DNA from: Bigelowiella natans CCMP2755
Lineage: Eukaryota > Protista > Cercozoa
Direction: 5' to 3'
Assembly (NCBI GenBank): GCA_000320545.1
Contig: ADNK01000719.1
Coordinates: 1-46,841 of the forward strand
Length of the DNA stretch: 46,841 bases
Made by a program: the position numbers and the translations under genes. Under the pieces are notes generated by a model that searched no databases, was not told the origin of the DNA, and was given only the letters and a program-made list of their open reading frames with translations. This document shows, piece after piece, positions 1-12,616 of the stretch. How positions within the stretch are numbered: the first letter of the stretch is position 1; each line of letters starts with the position of its first letter.

Positions 1-51
<51 letters not shown>

Positions 52-168
52 GGGGTGTAAGTGAGTAATATGGTCGGCATGCATGCGTGGAAAATGTAGG
101 CGATATGCACGTAGCTCGGTACAACGACACCTTCATTCTGCCCCCCTCCCCCCCCCGCGCACACGTAG

Positions 169-672
169 GAGTCTTTCCGTTTCACATGTACGGGGGCCAA
201 TACTGGGAAGATGGATGGAGAGGAGGTCATCCTCGCCTATACAAAGGTATGGAGAGTTTCCTGGTTCGATCCCTGTGCATGCATCAAGCTGCGCGAGTGC
301 GCCGTACCATATTTATGACTCAGATAATTCTCGCAGCGTTTCGCGCGCGCACACGCGTACCGTAACGCACACACCGTTCACCTCCGTTCAAAACGTCTGT
401 TTTACCACGAATTGTGTCTTTGAACTCAGCCCTCTGCCGATCTGCGGAAGCGACTGGAAAGAACTCACCCGGTGCCATTGAAGAGCCTCGCCGCCTTCGA
501 GCGCGTGCGTGTTGCTGCGGGTCAGGTGGAGACAGTGGACATCGCCGTCCCGAAGTCTGCTTTTGGCCTTGTCAACAATGGCGGCGAGAGGGTTTTCTGG
601 ACAGATGACACCCACGTAGTCGAGTTCTCCGATTCTTCGTCATCGCAAATTGAAGTGAAATTGACACCATAG
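169..672 (+). CDS. Last two exons (169-246, 430-672) of a glycoside hydrolase family 3 (beta-glucosidase/xylosidase), C-terminal Fn3-like domain; 5' part lies outside the window
   Basis: Spliced translation ESFRFTCTGANTGKMDGEEVILAYTK|PSADLRKRLERTHPVPLKSLAAFERVRVAAGQVETVDIAVPKSAFGLVNNGGER... matches the GH3 Fn3 pattern NtG..dG.EVvqlY...P.k.L..FerV.l..Ge. GT-AG intron 247-429 is phase 0; stop is TAG. Confidence 0.85.
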
Positions 673-769
673 CAGCGAGGATGAGGGAGGGGTAGAAGGA
701 GGGGACGACAACCAGCGCAATGCGTTTTGAATCGTTCATCTACACGACCCTATTAGTAGCTATCTGCTA

Positions 770-1635
770 TGCACTAGCTAGTTAGTTGCAATGTCTAGAT
801 GGTTGATGCAACGGTCATCAGATTGACAAGAATGATGCGGTTCCAATCAATGAGAGTCATGCGCTGCATGTACGTTCATGCAGTGGACGCTGCCAGATGC
901 GTGTTGATGATCTTGCGCACGCATTCTCTAGCAATCTAGCAATCGAAGAAATGGCGAGCCTAGGAGCACTGCTAGCTAGCTGCTAGACTGCTGGACTGGA
1001 ACAACAAGTGCTAGACTGGTAAAGAGGGCTAGCTAGCTGGAGGGAATCATCACACCTGGACATCCACAGACCTGACTAGCTCTAGAGCTAGAACTAGCTA
1101 GCTAGTAGAAGATGCGCCAATGACAAGCTAGCTAGCTAGCTAGCTAGTGGCATGCAAGATGCTGTCTAGCTGTTTAGCTGTCCAGCTGTGCAACAGCAAT
1201 TGCTAGAAGTCAAAAATCCAGAAATTGCGCTCACCACTCCAGCCAGCTAGCTAGCTAGCTAGCTAGCCCGCTGTTCAGCGCGCCACCCTGCTAGCCTGCT
1301 AGCCTGGCACCTCCAGACCTGCTGTGGCTGTTGGCAATTGCTTGAACATGCGTCCGAGAACAATGAGAACAATGATGAAAAACCACATCTAGACATCCAG
1401 ACACTTCCAAAGTGTCTAGCTAGCCAGGCTAGCAGGTCTAGCAGGCTGGCAGGTGTGGCAAGACACTTGCAGTCTAGCAGTCTAGCAGTGCACGATGTGC
1501 AGTGGCCTCGAACTGGCTTCAGTGAGGACTGACTAGCAAACTAGCGGGGGATCATGCAAATTGGGCACGATCTGAGCATTGAAAAGCATCACAACCAGCA
1601 GCCAAGTGACGACGACGTTTCGAAGCTAGCTAGCC
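770..1635. repeat. CTAG-rich low-complexity intergenic region with (CTAG)n runs and short tandem duplications
   Basis: About 40 CTAG tetramers by eye count, including (CTAG)5 runs at ~1128-1147 and ~1247-1266. Local duplications include ctgctagc x2, gagaacaat x2 and ctagcagt x2. Confidence 0.85.
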
Positions 1636-2019
1636 AACAATGGCAAGGCATCAATCCTGAGCAGGAACTTCCTCACAGCTACGTTCACACGGAGATCAAC
1701 GTTGGGGACAACCGAGGGGGCACCGAGCAAGACTTTGGTCTTGACAGAGTCCGGGGCATCAAAAAATGAAGAGCAGGCAGGAGATGCAGGGCCGAGAACT
1801 GCTCTGATGCTGGAGAATCGAGAACGACAAACATTGATTAATGGATGAGATTTCCTAAAAGGACTGGATTTCCTCAAATTGAGGTGTCGCATGCGCTATT
1901 TCTCCTCTATTAAGGTAAGGAAACTAACATTTTCGATGTAGCTGCAAATCCCCTTGTCGCAGTTAACAAAAGAATGACGTTTTCCATCGGGCTCTTCCTT
2001 TCAGAAGGGAAGTTCGAAG

Positions 2020-4071
2020 ATGGCCCAGCGCTCGTCGAAAATGGTACCTTTTGCAACCACCCACACCCCTCCCAAATTCCTAATGTCCAATCCACATCTC
2101 TATCAGATGGTGGGGCAATATCTTGTGAAGGAGAAAATCGGCAAAGGCTCCTTTGCGACGGTGTGGAGGGGTGCACACAGGGAGACGGGCAAGAAAGGTA
2201 GTTACCAGTGTCTCGACTTAACATTCTCGGAAGGAAAAACTCACAGCGTTGACCGAACCTATCCGCAGTTGCGATCAAGGGGATCAACATGGAGAAGGCC
2301 AATTTGAAGGAAACAGAGTGTATCAACTCAGAGATCTCAATTCTCCGAGCACTTGACCATCCAAACATCGTCCGACTGCTTGACTTCCAGGTGTGGGGGA
2401 AACATGGGATTTTTTTAAAAACATTTGGCTGTAACTGTATGCAATCACCTTTCAGCGAACAAGGAGGCACATATATCTCATTATGGAGTACTGCGCTGGA
2501 GGGGATCTTAGCCAGTAAGTTCTAATAATGACAGCGTTTTCGCAGGCAGCGGTTCAACTCAAAACAAATTGGAACACCCAAAGACATTCAAACAAAGCAT
2601 CACGGCAATATCTCATAGTAGAAATTAAAACTTTAATTAAAGTATGATCAAAATAGTTCGTATTTCCATTTTTGCCATCCTGTGAATCCTCCCCCCTCCC
2701 CCATTTGTTACTTAACAGATACATCAAAAAGCACGGGAAAATCAGCGAGCAGAATTCTCGCGAGATGATAAGCCAGCTTGGTAAATCCTATGTGCTCCCT
2801 CCGTGTCTTTCTTTGTCCCTCCTTCCCGGGTGTGTCTAATGCAATGATTCTTGGCACAGCCTCCGGACTCAAGTTCCTCCGGGAAAACAACCTCATGCAC
2901 AGAGACCTCAAGCCCGCGAATCTTCTATTGGAAAGCATATGTGCGTGAGCGAGCAGCAACAGCAATGAATTACCAGCCGCCACAAACAGCAACAATAATA
3001 ATAGCAATGCAAACATTTCGTGTTTTGAGGATAGCTCACGGTATCACTATGTGATCGCTGGTGGGGTTCTATGCAGACTCTCGTTCACTCACCATACATC
3101 TTATCCATTCGACAGTCTTCGAGGAAACAAAGTCGTGCCAGCAGCCACCCTTGGTCCTTAAGATTGCGGACTTTGGATTTGCGAGGTAGAAGGCTGAAAT
3201 GTGTTGCGCTGCGCAGCGTGGAACAGAACAGCGATCCCCCATGCAAGAGGTGTACCTTGCTCGTTGTCTCTGCGGGCCCGCAGTGGCACCGTTCATAAGG
3301 ATGGCTTCACATGCCGTGATGTTTCTTACAAATCGAAAGTTCGGAGACCCAACAAACTGGGAAAATGAGTGTATGCGCGCTTGGTCCGGAAGCCTCTCAT
3401 CATGCCCGTCTCATCTCCACCTTATCCCCTTATTCATTGCCCTCCATTCTCTTCCTTCCCTCACCACATCACAACAAGGCATATCGGTGCCAAGGATATG
3501 GCCGAGACCTTGTGCGGGACGCCCTTGTACATGGTACTGCAGCATGACGTTTAATGAAAAAAAGGGGGGGAAAGAAGGAGATGGCCACCACGGATGATTC
3601 TGAATATGATTATGATGGTGATGGTAATTATGATGATGATGATGACGAGGAGGAGGAGGAGGAGGATCCTCGACTGTCATCACACGCGCTCAGTGTAAAG
3701 GAAAAGGAATATATGCGCACTTTTACCTTTGCCCAAATCCCTTCTTCCCACCTTCCATCCCATGTGTTGTCAAACCAATCAATCAATCTTACAGGCCCCG
3801 GAGATCCTAGAATTCAAGCCATACGACACGGCTGCAGAGCTGTGGTCCGTTGGAGCTATCATGTAAGAAGAGCACTCCATTTCTTAGCAGATCTGCTAGG
3901 AGTAGGAACCTAAGCAGCTTGGAAGATCTTGCAGATTTCCGCTGGAGCGATTGGCTCTCATGGCTAATTCCCTGGACTTTGAACAGGCACGAAATGGTGA
4001 CAGGACTGCCCCCATTCAAGGCCCCCAACCAGAACAAGCTTCTGATGAAGTAGGAACACGTGATAACCCAT

Positions 4072-4113
<42 letters not shown>

Positions 4114-4856
4114 TCCTAAGGGATATGTATATGATCCTTATATCTCACCACCATCATCACCATCACCATCACCATCATCATCATCATCATCATTATCATC
4201 AACATCACGCCATCGTCTTCGGTACTAGCCATCTCACATCATCACCGCCATCGTATCTCTAATTATTTCTTCAGAATCAAGAGCACTGGCAAGGGACTAA
4301 CGATGGAGCAGCGATTTCGTGCAGCACTATCTAGCTCATGCATCACCCTCATCGAAGGTCTCCTGAGAAGAAACCCAAAGGGTAATGGGAGAGCTATTGG
4401 ATCGGCTCGAGCAGCTACTAGCTACTATATATTAACCCCAGCAGCAGCAGCACCAGTAGTAGTAGTAATAGCAGCATCAGCAGTGGTAGTGATAGTAGTA
4501 GTAGAAACATATGCGTTTTTGGCATAGCCCCGTCGTTCAAGAGGGGGGGGGGGGGGGGGATGGATCGAAAGCAATTTAAACTATGCCGACACGCAGTAGA
4601 TAGTGCGTTTTTTGGTTTTGTGGACACAAACCCTTCTTGATTGTGTTGCATATTCTGTCGCATCTTCTGTACGACGCTGGCAGATCGGATACCGTTTGAA
4701 CAGTTCTTCAAGCACCCATTTCTCTCGGTGATAGTAGAGAATGAATCAACGATGCTAGGAATTAGCTGTGTCGATCTCTCCTACCGCCCTAGTCTTCCAA
4801 TATTTTTTTTAAATCAAATTCTATACGTAGTGACGCATGCGCGCACACTTACATAA

Positions 4857-4894
<38 letters not shown>

Positions 4895-5936
4895 ACACAC
4901 GCACTTACACACTTACACACTTACACAAAGAAAGTCTACTACAACAAAGTGACTGATACGTGCAATTCACTCCAGAAAACTAGTGAATCGAAGCAGACAG
5001 CGGAACCATCATCGCCGTCCTCAGGTACAATATCTGGAAAAACCATCATCCTCATTATCATCATCATCATTGCGGCTGCTCCTGTTTCCTAGCAATGCGT
5101 GGCGTCGCAACGAATGCCGTCGAGGAAAATTTACAACGACGATTCCCCTCCTCGACGTTTTTCAAAATCCGATCATATCCCCTAGTTCGTTTTGGCGACA
5201 GTGTGTATTTGGGACGTTCTTGTGCACGGCGAGGGAGACTTGCAAGTAATAATATAACCTATTATGGTATTCCTTACATTCCAGAAACGGCATCAGCACA
5301 GCAACCAGGAGGAGGAGGAGGAGGAGGAAGAAGCGTCCCACCCCCAAGCGGACTCAGCAAATTGTTTCTGGAAAAGGAGAGGAGGATGATGATGGTAATG
5401 GTACGCGAATCAAGCGGCGGAAGGGGGGGGGGGGGGAGGGGGGGAGCGATGCGCAGTTTACACAGCAGTAATGGCACACGATAGGCATGATAAATCGACC
5501 ATAGTGACTTTGGTGATGATGGGTGACGGGTGATGCTAGCATCACTTTGTTGTGCATCAGGAGAGAGCTTAGAGAGGACGTAGTTAGAGGACCGAATAAC
5601 AGATACCCCCTTCTCTAGAACCCCCATCGAATAACTCATGTTGTTGGACTTTCCCCGTTCCGAGCAGAAGCGGAACGACGCTCAGGCGAATAATGGGAAA
5701 GGCTACTCCTCCCCCTCCTCCTCCTCCCACGAGGGAGATCGACTGCTGAGAACTAGAGACACAGGATTTCCACGATCAACAACCGCAACGGCGGTGATAC
5801 ATAACAACGCGACGGCGGCTGAGACGATGACGGCGGCTGAGACGATGACGGCGGCCACGAAAAGAGCTACTACCGCAGGGCCTCATGCGGCTTCCGACGA
5901 GCATAAAAGATATATGCTGCAAGAAGTAGCGCGGCC

Positions 5937-5973
<37 letters not shown>

Positions 5974-7184
5974 TACACCCAACAACCCACCTCACTGCAA
6001 CCTGCCGCACCACCCCAAAAGAAGCAGCACGGGCGAAGTAGAAGCAGTGTTAGCACTTCCCGAGAAGGAGAGAGAAGAGGGAACACCACGATTCAGTCCG
6101 AGCCTGCTGTCGTTGGGGGAGGGAGCGGGCGCAGCGATGAGAATAACTCTCAGGTAGAGAGAGGAGAAAAGGGAGAAATTTGGGGAAGGTCTATAGATGC
6201 CCTTTATCGCGCATACTCGATTACAAAAGTCGTCTTTGATTGGAGGAATGACTGGAGCAAATTAAAGGGGGGAAGGGGGGGGGGGGGGGGGGGGGGAGTA
6301 ACCCCAAAAAACACATCGGGCCAGGATTTTTTTTTTTCTGATATGGAGGCGGAGGAGGACGTATGGTTATAGCACTGAGAAGCACCGGAAGTGTTTGATC
6401 CCGTGGTGACATTTGTTCACTATAACTATAGAAGTAACGGTGTTGTTGATGTGTGTGCTTTATAACAGGGATATGTCGTCATCGAGGCTCCGCAGCACTT
6501 CCAACGGCATCATCATCATCAGCATCAGCAGCAGCATAATCATCGCCAAGGGTATCGAGACAAGAGCATCTCTGAGGCTGACGATGATGAGAAATACCGA
6601 AAGCAGCAGCAGTCGTCGTCCTCGTCGCAATGCTCGGCGGAAATCGAGGTGGTGGCTCGTGGTGATGACGATGAATGGGGGTTTGATCTATGCGTGCGTT
6701 GAGCGCTTAGTGCGGGGTTGTGGGTGCCCCTCTGCAAAAGTAACTTTCAGGCTTTTTCACTGTTTTGATGTGTGTGTTTTTGTTTGTCTGTCTGTGTCTG
6801 TGTGTGTGTGTGTGTGTGGTTGTGTGTGTGGTTGATGTGTGCATACACTATTACGTCGTCACCATCGCCCAGATCGAGCCTACTGCCGGGATGTTTAGGC
6901 CCCCAGCACTGGCAACGGCAGCAGCAGTAGCAGCGCCAAACTCCCTACCAGCAAGGAGACGAGCTGCTTCTGCCTTTTCCATAGCAGGGCCCACTTCAGC
7001 ATACAAACAGCACCACCACCACCAGCAGCGAAGAAAGCAGGAGGAGGAGGATCAGCAGCAGCAGCAGCAGACCCAGCGTCAGCAGACCACAACTCCCATA
7101 GCTAACGATAATGGCAAGAATAGTAGAAACCGCCGTCGGTTCTCCCTCCCTTTCTTTTCATCGACAACATTATTGTCTAATCAT

Positions 7185-7215
<31 letters not shown>

Positions 7216-8891
7216 AGGATCATAACACACAGCAAGCCCTACCATCCCAACAGAAGCCTTACACTCGGACATTCACGCCCCCTCCCTCGCGCCATGAAGC
7301 CCCGGAGGCAGTAGCAGCAGCAGCAGCTGCTGCCGCTATAAGATCATTTTCCGATGCGGCAAAGAAGGCCCTGTTGGTGGCGCGTGTTGGTGAGGAGAAT
7401 GAAAAGGAGCATAAATTCGTCGAGGCAGTGCAAGCGTACGTGTACTCGATCACGCTGTTCCATCGCCTCCTTGCAGGTAATAGTGAGTAAGCTTTATGAT
7501 GCTTTTCCCCTGACCCTGACACCTGTACTGCCACCATTTTTGGCTGTTGTAGCAGTCTTATCACAATGCTTTCATTCCTCTCCCTTCCCTACCCCCCCCC
7601 CCTTCTTTTTTTGGGTTCTCCCCAACCGCCTTCAGATATTCAAAGGTGGAAGAAGCAGTTCTCTTCTGGATCGAGCAACGATGTTGCTGCTACCGCCACC
7701 CCCATCAACACTGCGCAGGGTGCGGGACCTGTAAGCAAAGAAGGAGGGAAGAAGAAGGAACATCCTGTTAGCTCCGCGGCAGCAGCAGGCCCTAAAGGAA
7801 AGATCGATCGGCTGGAGAAGTGGTCTCTGCAGATGTAAGTATGAAGCAGATTAGCAACCCCCACCTCTTTCGCGCCCCCACTTTCCCCACCTCTCCCTCT
7901 CCCTCCCTCCCTCCCTCTTCGCGCGCTCACGTGTGACATTGTGGCAGGGCGAAAGTCTTCCTGCATAAGGTCCGCAGCCTGACCACGTTCCTTAGCGGCA
8001 AGGAGAGCATCAAGGTTGGCTTGTTTTGTTGGTTCGGATATCCACCGCAACAACAGCAACAGCAACGACAACAACGACAACAACAACAACAACATCAATA
8101 ATTATAATAATAACAACCAAGATGGTAGTAACACACCGTTCATAATCGAGCTCGGGTAGAGACCACACAGCCGTTGTACCTGAGAGGGAGGGGGGGAGAG
8201 AGGGAGACGCTTTCTTTCTTCTCCTTTATGTCACCGCAGGGCACAGATCAAAAGGCGATTTCGAAATTTTTCCAGATGTCCGCCGTATCATTAATTTCCC
8301 ACTGCCGATCGATGTATGTATTAGGTGTCAGTGGAGGAGCTGATATACAGGCACGCGATAAAGGTTGCCAAGGACGCCGCATTCGACGAGACATTCGGCG
8401 CACACGCGCTGGCAAGGGGCAAGTACAAAGAAGCAATGAGGCTCTTCGAGTTGCTGCTCTGCTCTGGCAGCCGCGATCATGATTCTTCCAACCGCAACGA
8501 CGATGACGACGGTGACGGTGATGAAGGAAAGCGCGATGATGACAAGGAGGGAAAGGGCAGGAAAGAACGCGACAGTGTAAGTACACCATTGTGTGGTTAT
8601 TTACTCGTCAATCAGCAACCATTTGTTCGTTGGAGCAAATGGTCTTCATTCGGCGAGAAACAAAAACACTCTTTTCGTTTTAAGATGTTTTCCTACTATA
8701 ATTCCCCCCAACATGGACGATGAATAACCCGGCTCTCTCCCATCCCATTTCCCCATACATAGTCGCCTAAATGTGACGAGCACGATGCTACAATTTTGGG
8801 AAAGTTCATTTCCGAATTTCGGTCGCGGATTGAAGGCAGAGTCAGTTCAGCGACAACGGAAAGGAGGAGAGAGAAAAATGGACGTCGGTAG
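2020..8891 (+). CDS. ATG1: ATG1/ULK-family serine/threonine kinase (about 18 exons): N-terminal kinase domain, low-complexity Q/H/S-rich linker with AIM/LIR, C-terminal tandem MIT-like domain
   Basis: Spliced motifs: IGKGSFATVW, VAIK, EISILRALDHPNIVRL, IYLIMEYCAGGDLS, HRDLKPANLLL, LKIADFGFAR, AETLCGTPLYMAPEIL, ELWSVGAI, LLRRNPKDRIPFEQFFKHPFL. The C-terminal VSVEELIYRHAIKVAKDAAFDETFG...KYKEAMRLFELLL is typical of ATG1. Stop TAG at 8889-8891. The start (2020 or 2083) and linker exons are uncertain. Confidence 0.92.
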
Positions 8892-9509
8892 TAGCAATGA
8901 ATAGAATCTCCTAGTCTTGGGGAGGTCGGTAGTAATGAAAAGAATCTTTTAGATTTTTAAGGAGAGAGCTTACAGCAGACTATAAAGTTGGTGATGACTT
9001 TATCCACCCCATCACATTATTCGCATGGCGAATACAGCATATTATGCTTGTACATACTTTTTTTTTTAAATTCCCTAAAAACGGCGGTTCAGGTAGCGAA
9101 CATATTGCAGGATCTGCATATGATGGCAGATGTAGAATTCGACAAGCGTGTGAATTTGTGCGCATTCATGTGAAGGCAGATTTAGTTTTTCTAAAATGGG
9201 TAAACACGATATATTGACTACTCTTCCAGAGGTCGTGCACATACAACCGCTACCGCGCAGCTACATGCATTCGATCGCAATCACGTGCTGTGCTATTTCT
9301 TCTTTCGGAGAAATTACGGTGAATGGTATATTACTATTTGTTAGATGTCAGACAACCGAGTCACCTTATTCATTTAGTGCCTAGATATGCTAGCATGTCT
9401 GATCATTTTATTTTACGCCTATAACTGTGTAACGTGCGCGCAAATAATGTGTAATGATTTTCTGATGTCGTACGTGCAACAATGGCTGGATCTTGAAATG
9501 CTAGTTGCG

Positions 9510-11015
9510 TTAACTGTCTTCAGCAGCGACAGAGGGAGCAGTTGGGTCCGGCTTAAAGTCGAGAGACACGCCGTTTATACAATACCGTCTGTGTTCACAA
9601 CAGGCATCAGATTATGCTCTCCGTTACTAGTAGGTATCTAGCGTGGACTATGAAGAAACAACCTTCCTGTGGGTTCTGGGCCATCGCCAAAGACATGGCC
9701 TAAGTGCGACCCGCACTGTTTGCATCTTACTTCACGTGTCCTGACATTATTGATTAAACCGATAAACATGCAGCGCGCAAACGCACATGCACCCGCAACT
9801 GCGGATCGCAAGATGAGGAGAAAAAGTCGGAGAGTCCGCTAGATACCGAAAGTCCGGAAATAAATAGATAGGATGCACTGTTTGCTCCACAGCATTAGAG
9901 TCCTGATATTCGAATGACAAATGTTTCAATATACCTCCAACCCAATTATTCAATGCATTCAGGATTGTGAGCGTCATTATGGATGATAATGCTGCTGCTG
10001 CTGCTGATGGTGATAGCACCGCTGCATCCCAGAAAGAGGGCCACCCCGTGCCACTGTCATACTGATTGAGTAGATTGATTAGTTTCGACACTATAGCGGC
10101 TCTTTGCACTGTAAAAATCGCAGCTTATATAATGTTATTACGGAAGGATATATGGGTATGGAAATTATAGCAGATCAATCAAAATTCAGACAATATTGGT
10201 TCTTACGAAACGATGGTAGTTGTGCCACGATTGTGCGACACGGGGAGGGACTAGCCGTCAAACTAAATTTAAAATATTGCTCTTTTCTTCTAGTTGTCCC
10301 TTTATTGATGTCGGCACCTTTTGTGAAGCCAGAAAGAGCGGATTTCCGCAACCTGCGCACGTGTACGTGCCATTCCTCTTTTCGACATTGAGCTTCGAGG
10401 TAAACGCCATCTCCGTCCCGCGATTTACCATGACCTTGAATCTGCAAGTATTATATAACGATAGAGCATTGGTAGACCCATGAAAATGAAGAAGAGGAAG
10501 AGAATAAAGAGAAGACGGAAAATGTAGAAAACGGAGCCGATAGCATTGAGCAAATGAATACGCTTTGGCGCGAGGCGCAATTACTGTTCTGAGGTCAATT
10601 CTTCTCGCCACTGCGCCCTTGATTTCTTTACCGGTACGCTCGGCGATACGGGCATTTGCCTCTGTAGGAGCCAGACAAGCAGAAATGGCCACGCCAATCG
10701 CCAAACCTCTAGCCCGAGCACGAAATTGTTGTCGACGGATGCTAATGTTAGCAGCGATTCCTGCATGGCCGCCCTCATTGGAACTACAGTGTCACTTCTC
10801 CTGTCCCGCTGCGAACGAAGGAAAGGTGATGCCGCTATCTTCTTCGTCGTCATTGAGCTGCTGCTGCTGCTGCCCCTCATTCTCTTTGCGGCTGCCAGTA
10901 GTAGGCGCTCCTCGGTTAATGACTGGAGGATAGCACTGCCAGCGCCAACACGCCTGCATCGCCTGACGCATGAAGCCGACCCCAGCAAGGAGAACAGGAA
11001 AAAAATGGAAATCAT
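9510..11015 (-). CDS. msrB: Peptide methionine-R-sulfoxide reductase MsrB (Zn-binding, Cys-type) with a long N-terminal targeting extension; 6 exons
   Basis: Spliced: [10 protein letters not shown]|[15 protein letters not shown]...[16 protein letters not shown]|[14 protein letters not shown]|[19 protein letters not shown]|[26 protein letters not shown]|[11 protein letters not shown]...*. Two CxxC pairs, HLGHVF and the catalytic RYCIN motif are present. Confidence 0.95.
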
Positions 11016-11554
11016 TCAGCGAACTAGGGGGTAGGAGAGCACCGGCCGTGCTAGCTTGCTCGCCAGTCGACGTAAGGGGTCGGAAGAGAAGTTGCTGGGT
11101 CGACGCCTTTTCTCAGTTTTCCCTGCATTTTTTGGGTACGACAACGCTGTTGAATGATGTTCCAACAATTACTGCCAAACTTACAAAATCTTCCAGAATC
11201 GTATGTCGTTTGGCACAATTGCTGCGTGACCAACCATCATCCGCTTCAGAAAATTGGAGGGAGGTGTGGAGAGTCGTTAGAAAAGTTCCCGCTCTAATTT
11301 TTTGCAAACAGGCTTGTGCTCTCCTGGAATCCCCGACCTCTGGTATTTCACGAGCGTTTTCACATTCCAGACGAGGCAGGGAAAGTTCCGCCTCCTTTCC
11401 GACAGCATTCCGAGTGCCTTTCAAAAACTTATTTCCTGACGGCCAAATGTGTTGTCGCATCATGAAAATTGCCGATAGTTTTGGGAAAGAAGGGAATTCT
11501 TTCTAGTCTTTGTTGTCTCACATGGAGTGTAATAAAAATCGAATCGGACGAACC
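11016..11554. promoter_or_regulatory. Probable bidirectional promoter region between head-to-head msrB and the giant RBR gene
   Basis: Divergent predicted start codons about 540 bp apart, with no microsatellites between them. No specific motif was identified. Confidence 0.4.
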
Positions 11555-12575
11555 ATGCAGTCCAGGGCTGCAGATTCGCTCGAGGGAGGGGCTATGAAGG
11601 TTTATGTCTCTAGGATGCCTCTAATCCTTTCCTCCTTTTCTTGTTCTCACAAATTGCATACGCGGTTCTGCATCGTTGCATCAACAACAAAAAAATAGAT
11701 ATTTGAACCTTACGCAGGCTTCGGGCGAATCCGCTCGTGGGGCGGTGATGCAGATGATCACTGGGGTTCCTTCTCTCAAGTATCTATTCTCTTTTTCGGA
11801 GTTAACATCGTCATAGCCCATCGTGGTTTATAACCACCCTTTGTTTGCCGTTTGCGCAGGAGGCAGAAATCTCTCTACTCACGTATTAAACATCAGGTAG
11901 CGACTCACGCAAAAATCTTGCGAGCTTGTTTTTCTTCCGCATCATCCCTGAGAAATGATATATTTTTTAAACATAGATGGCCGTGAAACGGCATATCCCA
12001 GCATCCATGAGGCCATATGTTACTGCCCGGCTCCCATGTCGGGAGCATGAACACAAAGAATGGTTTCGAGAGTGCGAGAAATGCTGGAATGGGGCAGTGC
12101 GTGAGGTCAACAGAATGCCGATAACGTGCCCTATCTCCACGATCACGTGTTTTTTAAAGCAAGCACGGCAATTTTTCATATCACCAATTTTTCATATCAC
12201 CAAAGACACTTTGCAGAGCATACAACCACACATAGCTGGGGTGCGAGTCATGATTTTTGTGGGTTCTATTTTTGTGTCTACCAGTACTTATCGAAGCACC
12301 CAGGAGCATGTGCCCCAAAAGATCTACCGCTTGATGAAACTATTGAAGCTGAATATACTAACGACTTCGGCGAGGCTCTAGGGCGTACGAAAGGCCGCCC
12401 CCAGCTATGGGTTAGTATCCTTGGGGTCCGGATCAAAGGAGACGAAGTGGAGGAGGATTCGAAAACCGACATTATTGCCAGAAATTTGGTAAGAAAAACT
12501 TTCATTGAATATCCCCTTGATCAATCGCGACCGTTTATGCTTTTGGTAGAGGCCCAACACGCACAAACATCACAT

Positions 12576-12616
<41 letters not shown>

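Noticed and set aside
1338-1892. Short ORFs in the CTAG-rich spacer as a transposon remnant
   Set aside because: No transposase or RT motifs, terminal repeats or target-site duplication were recognisable.
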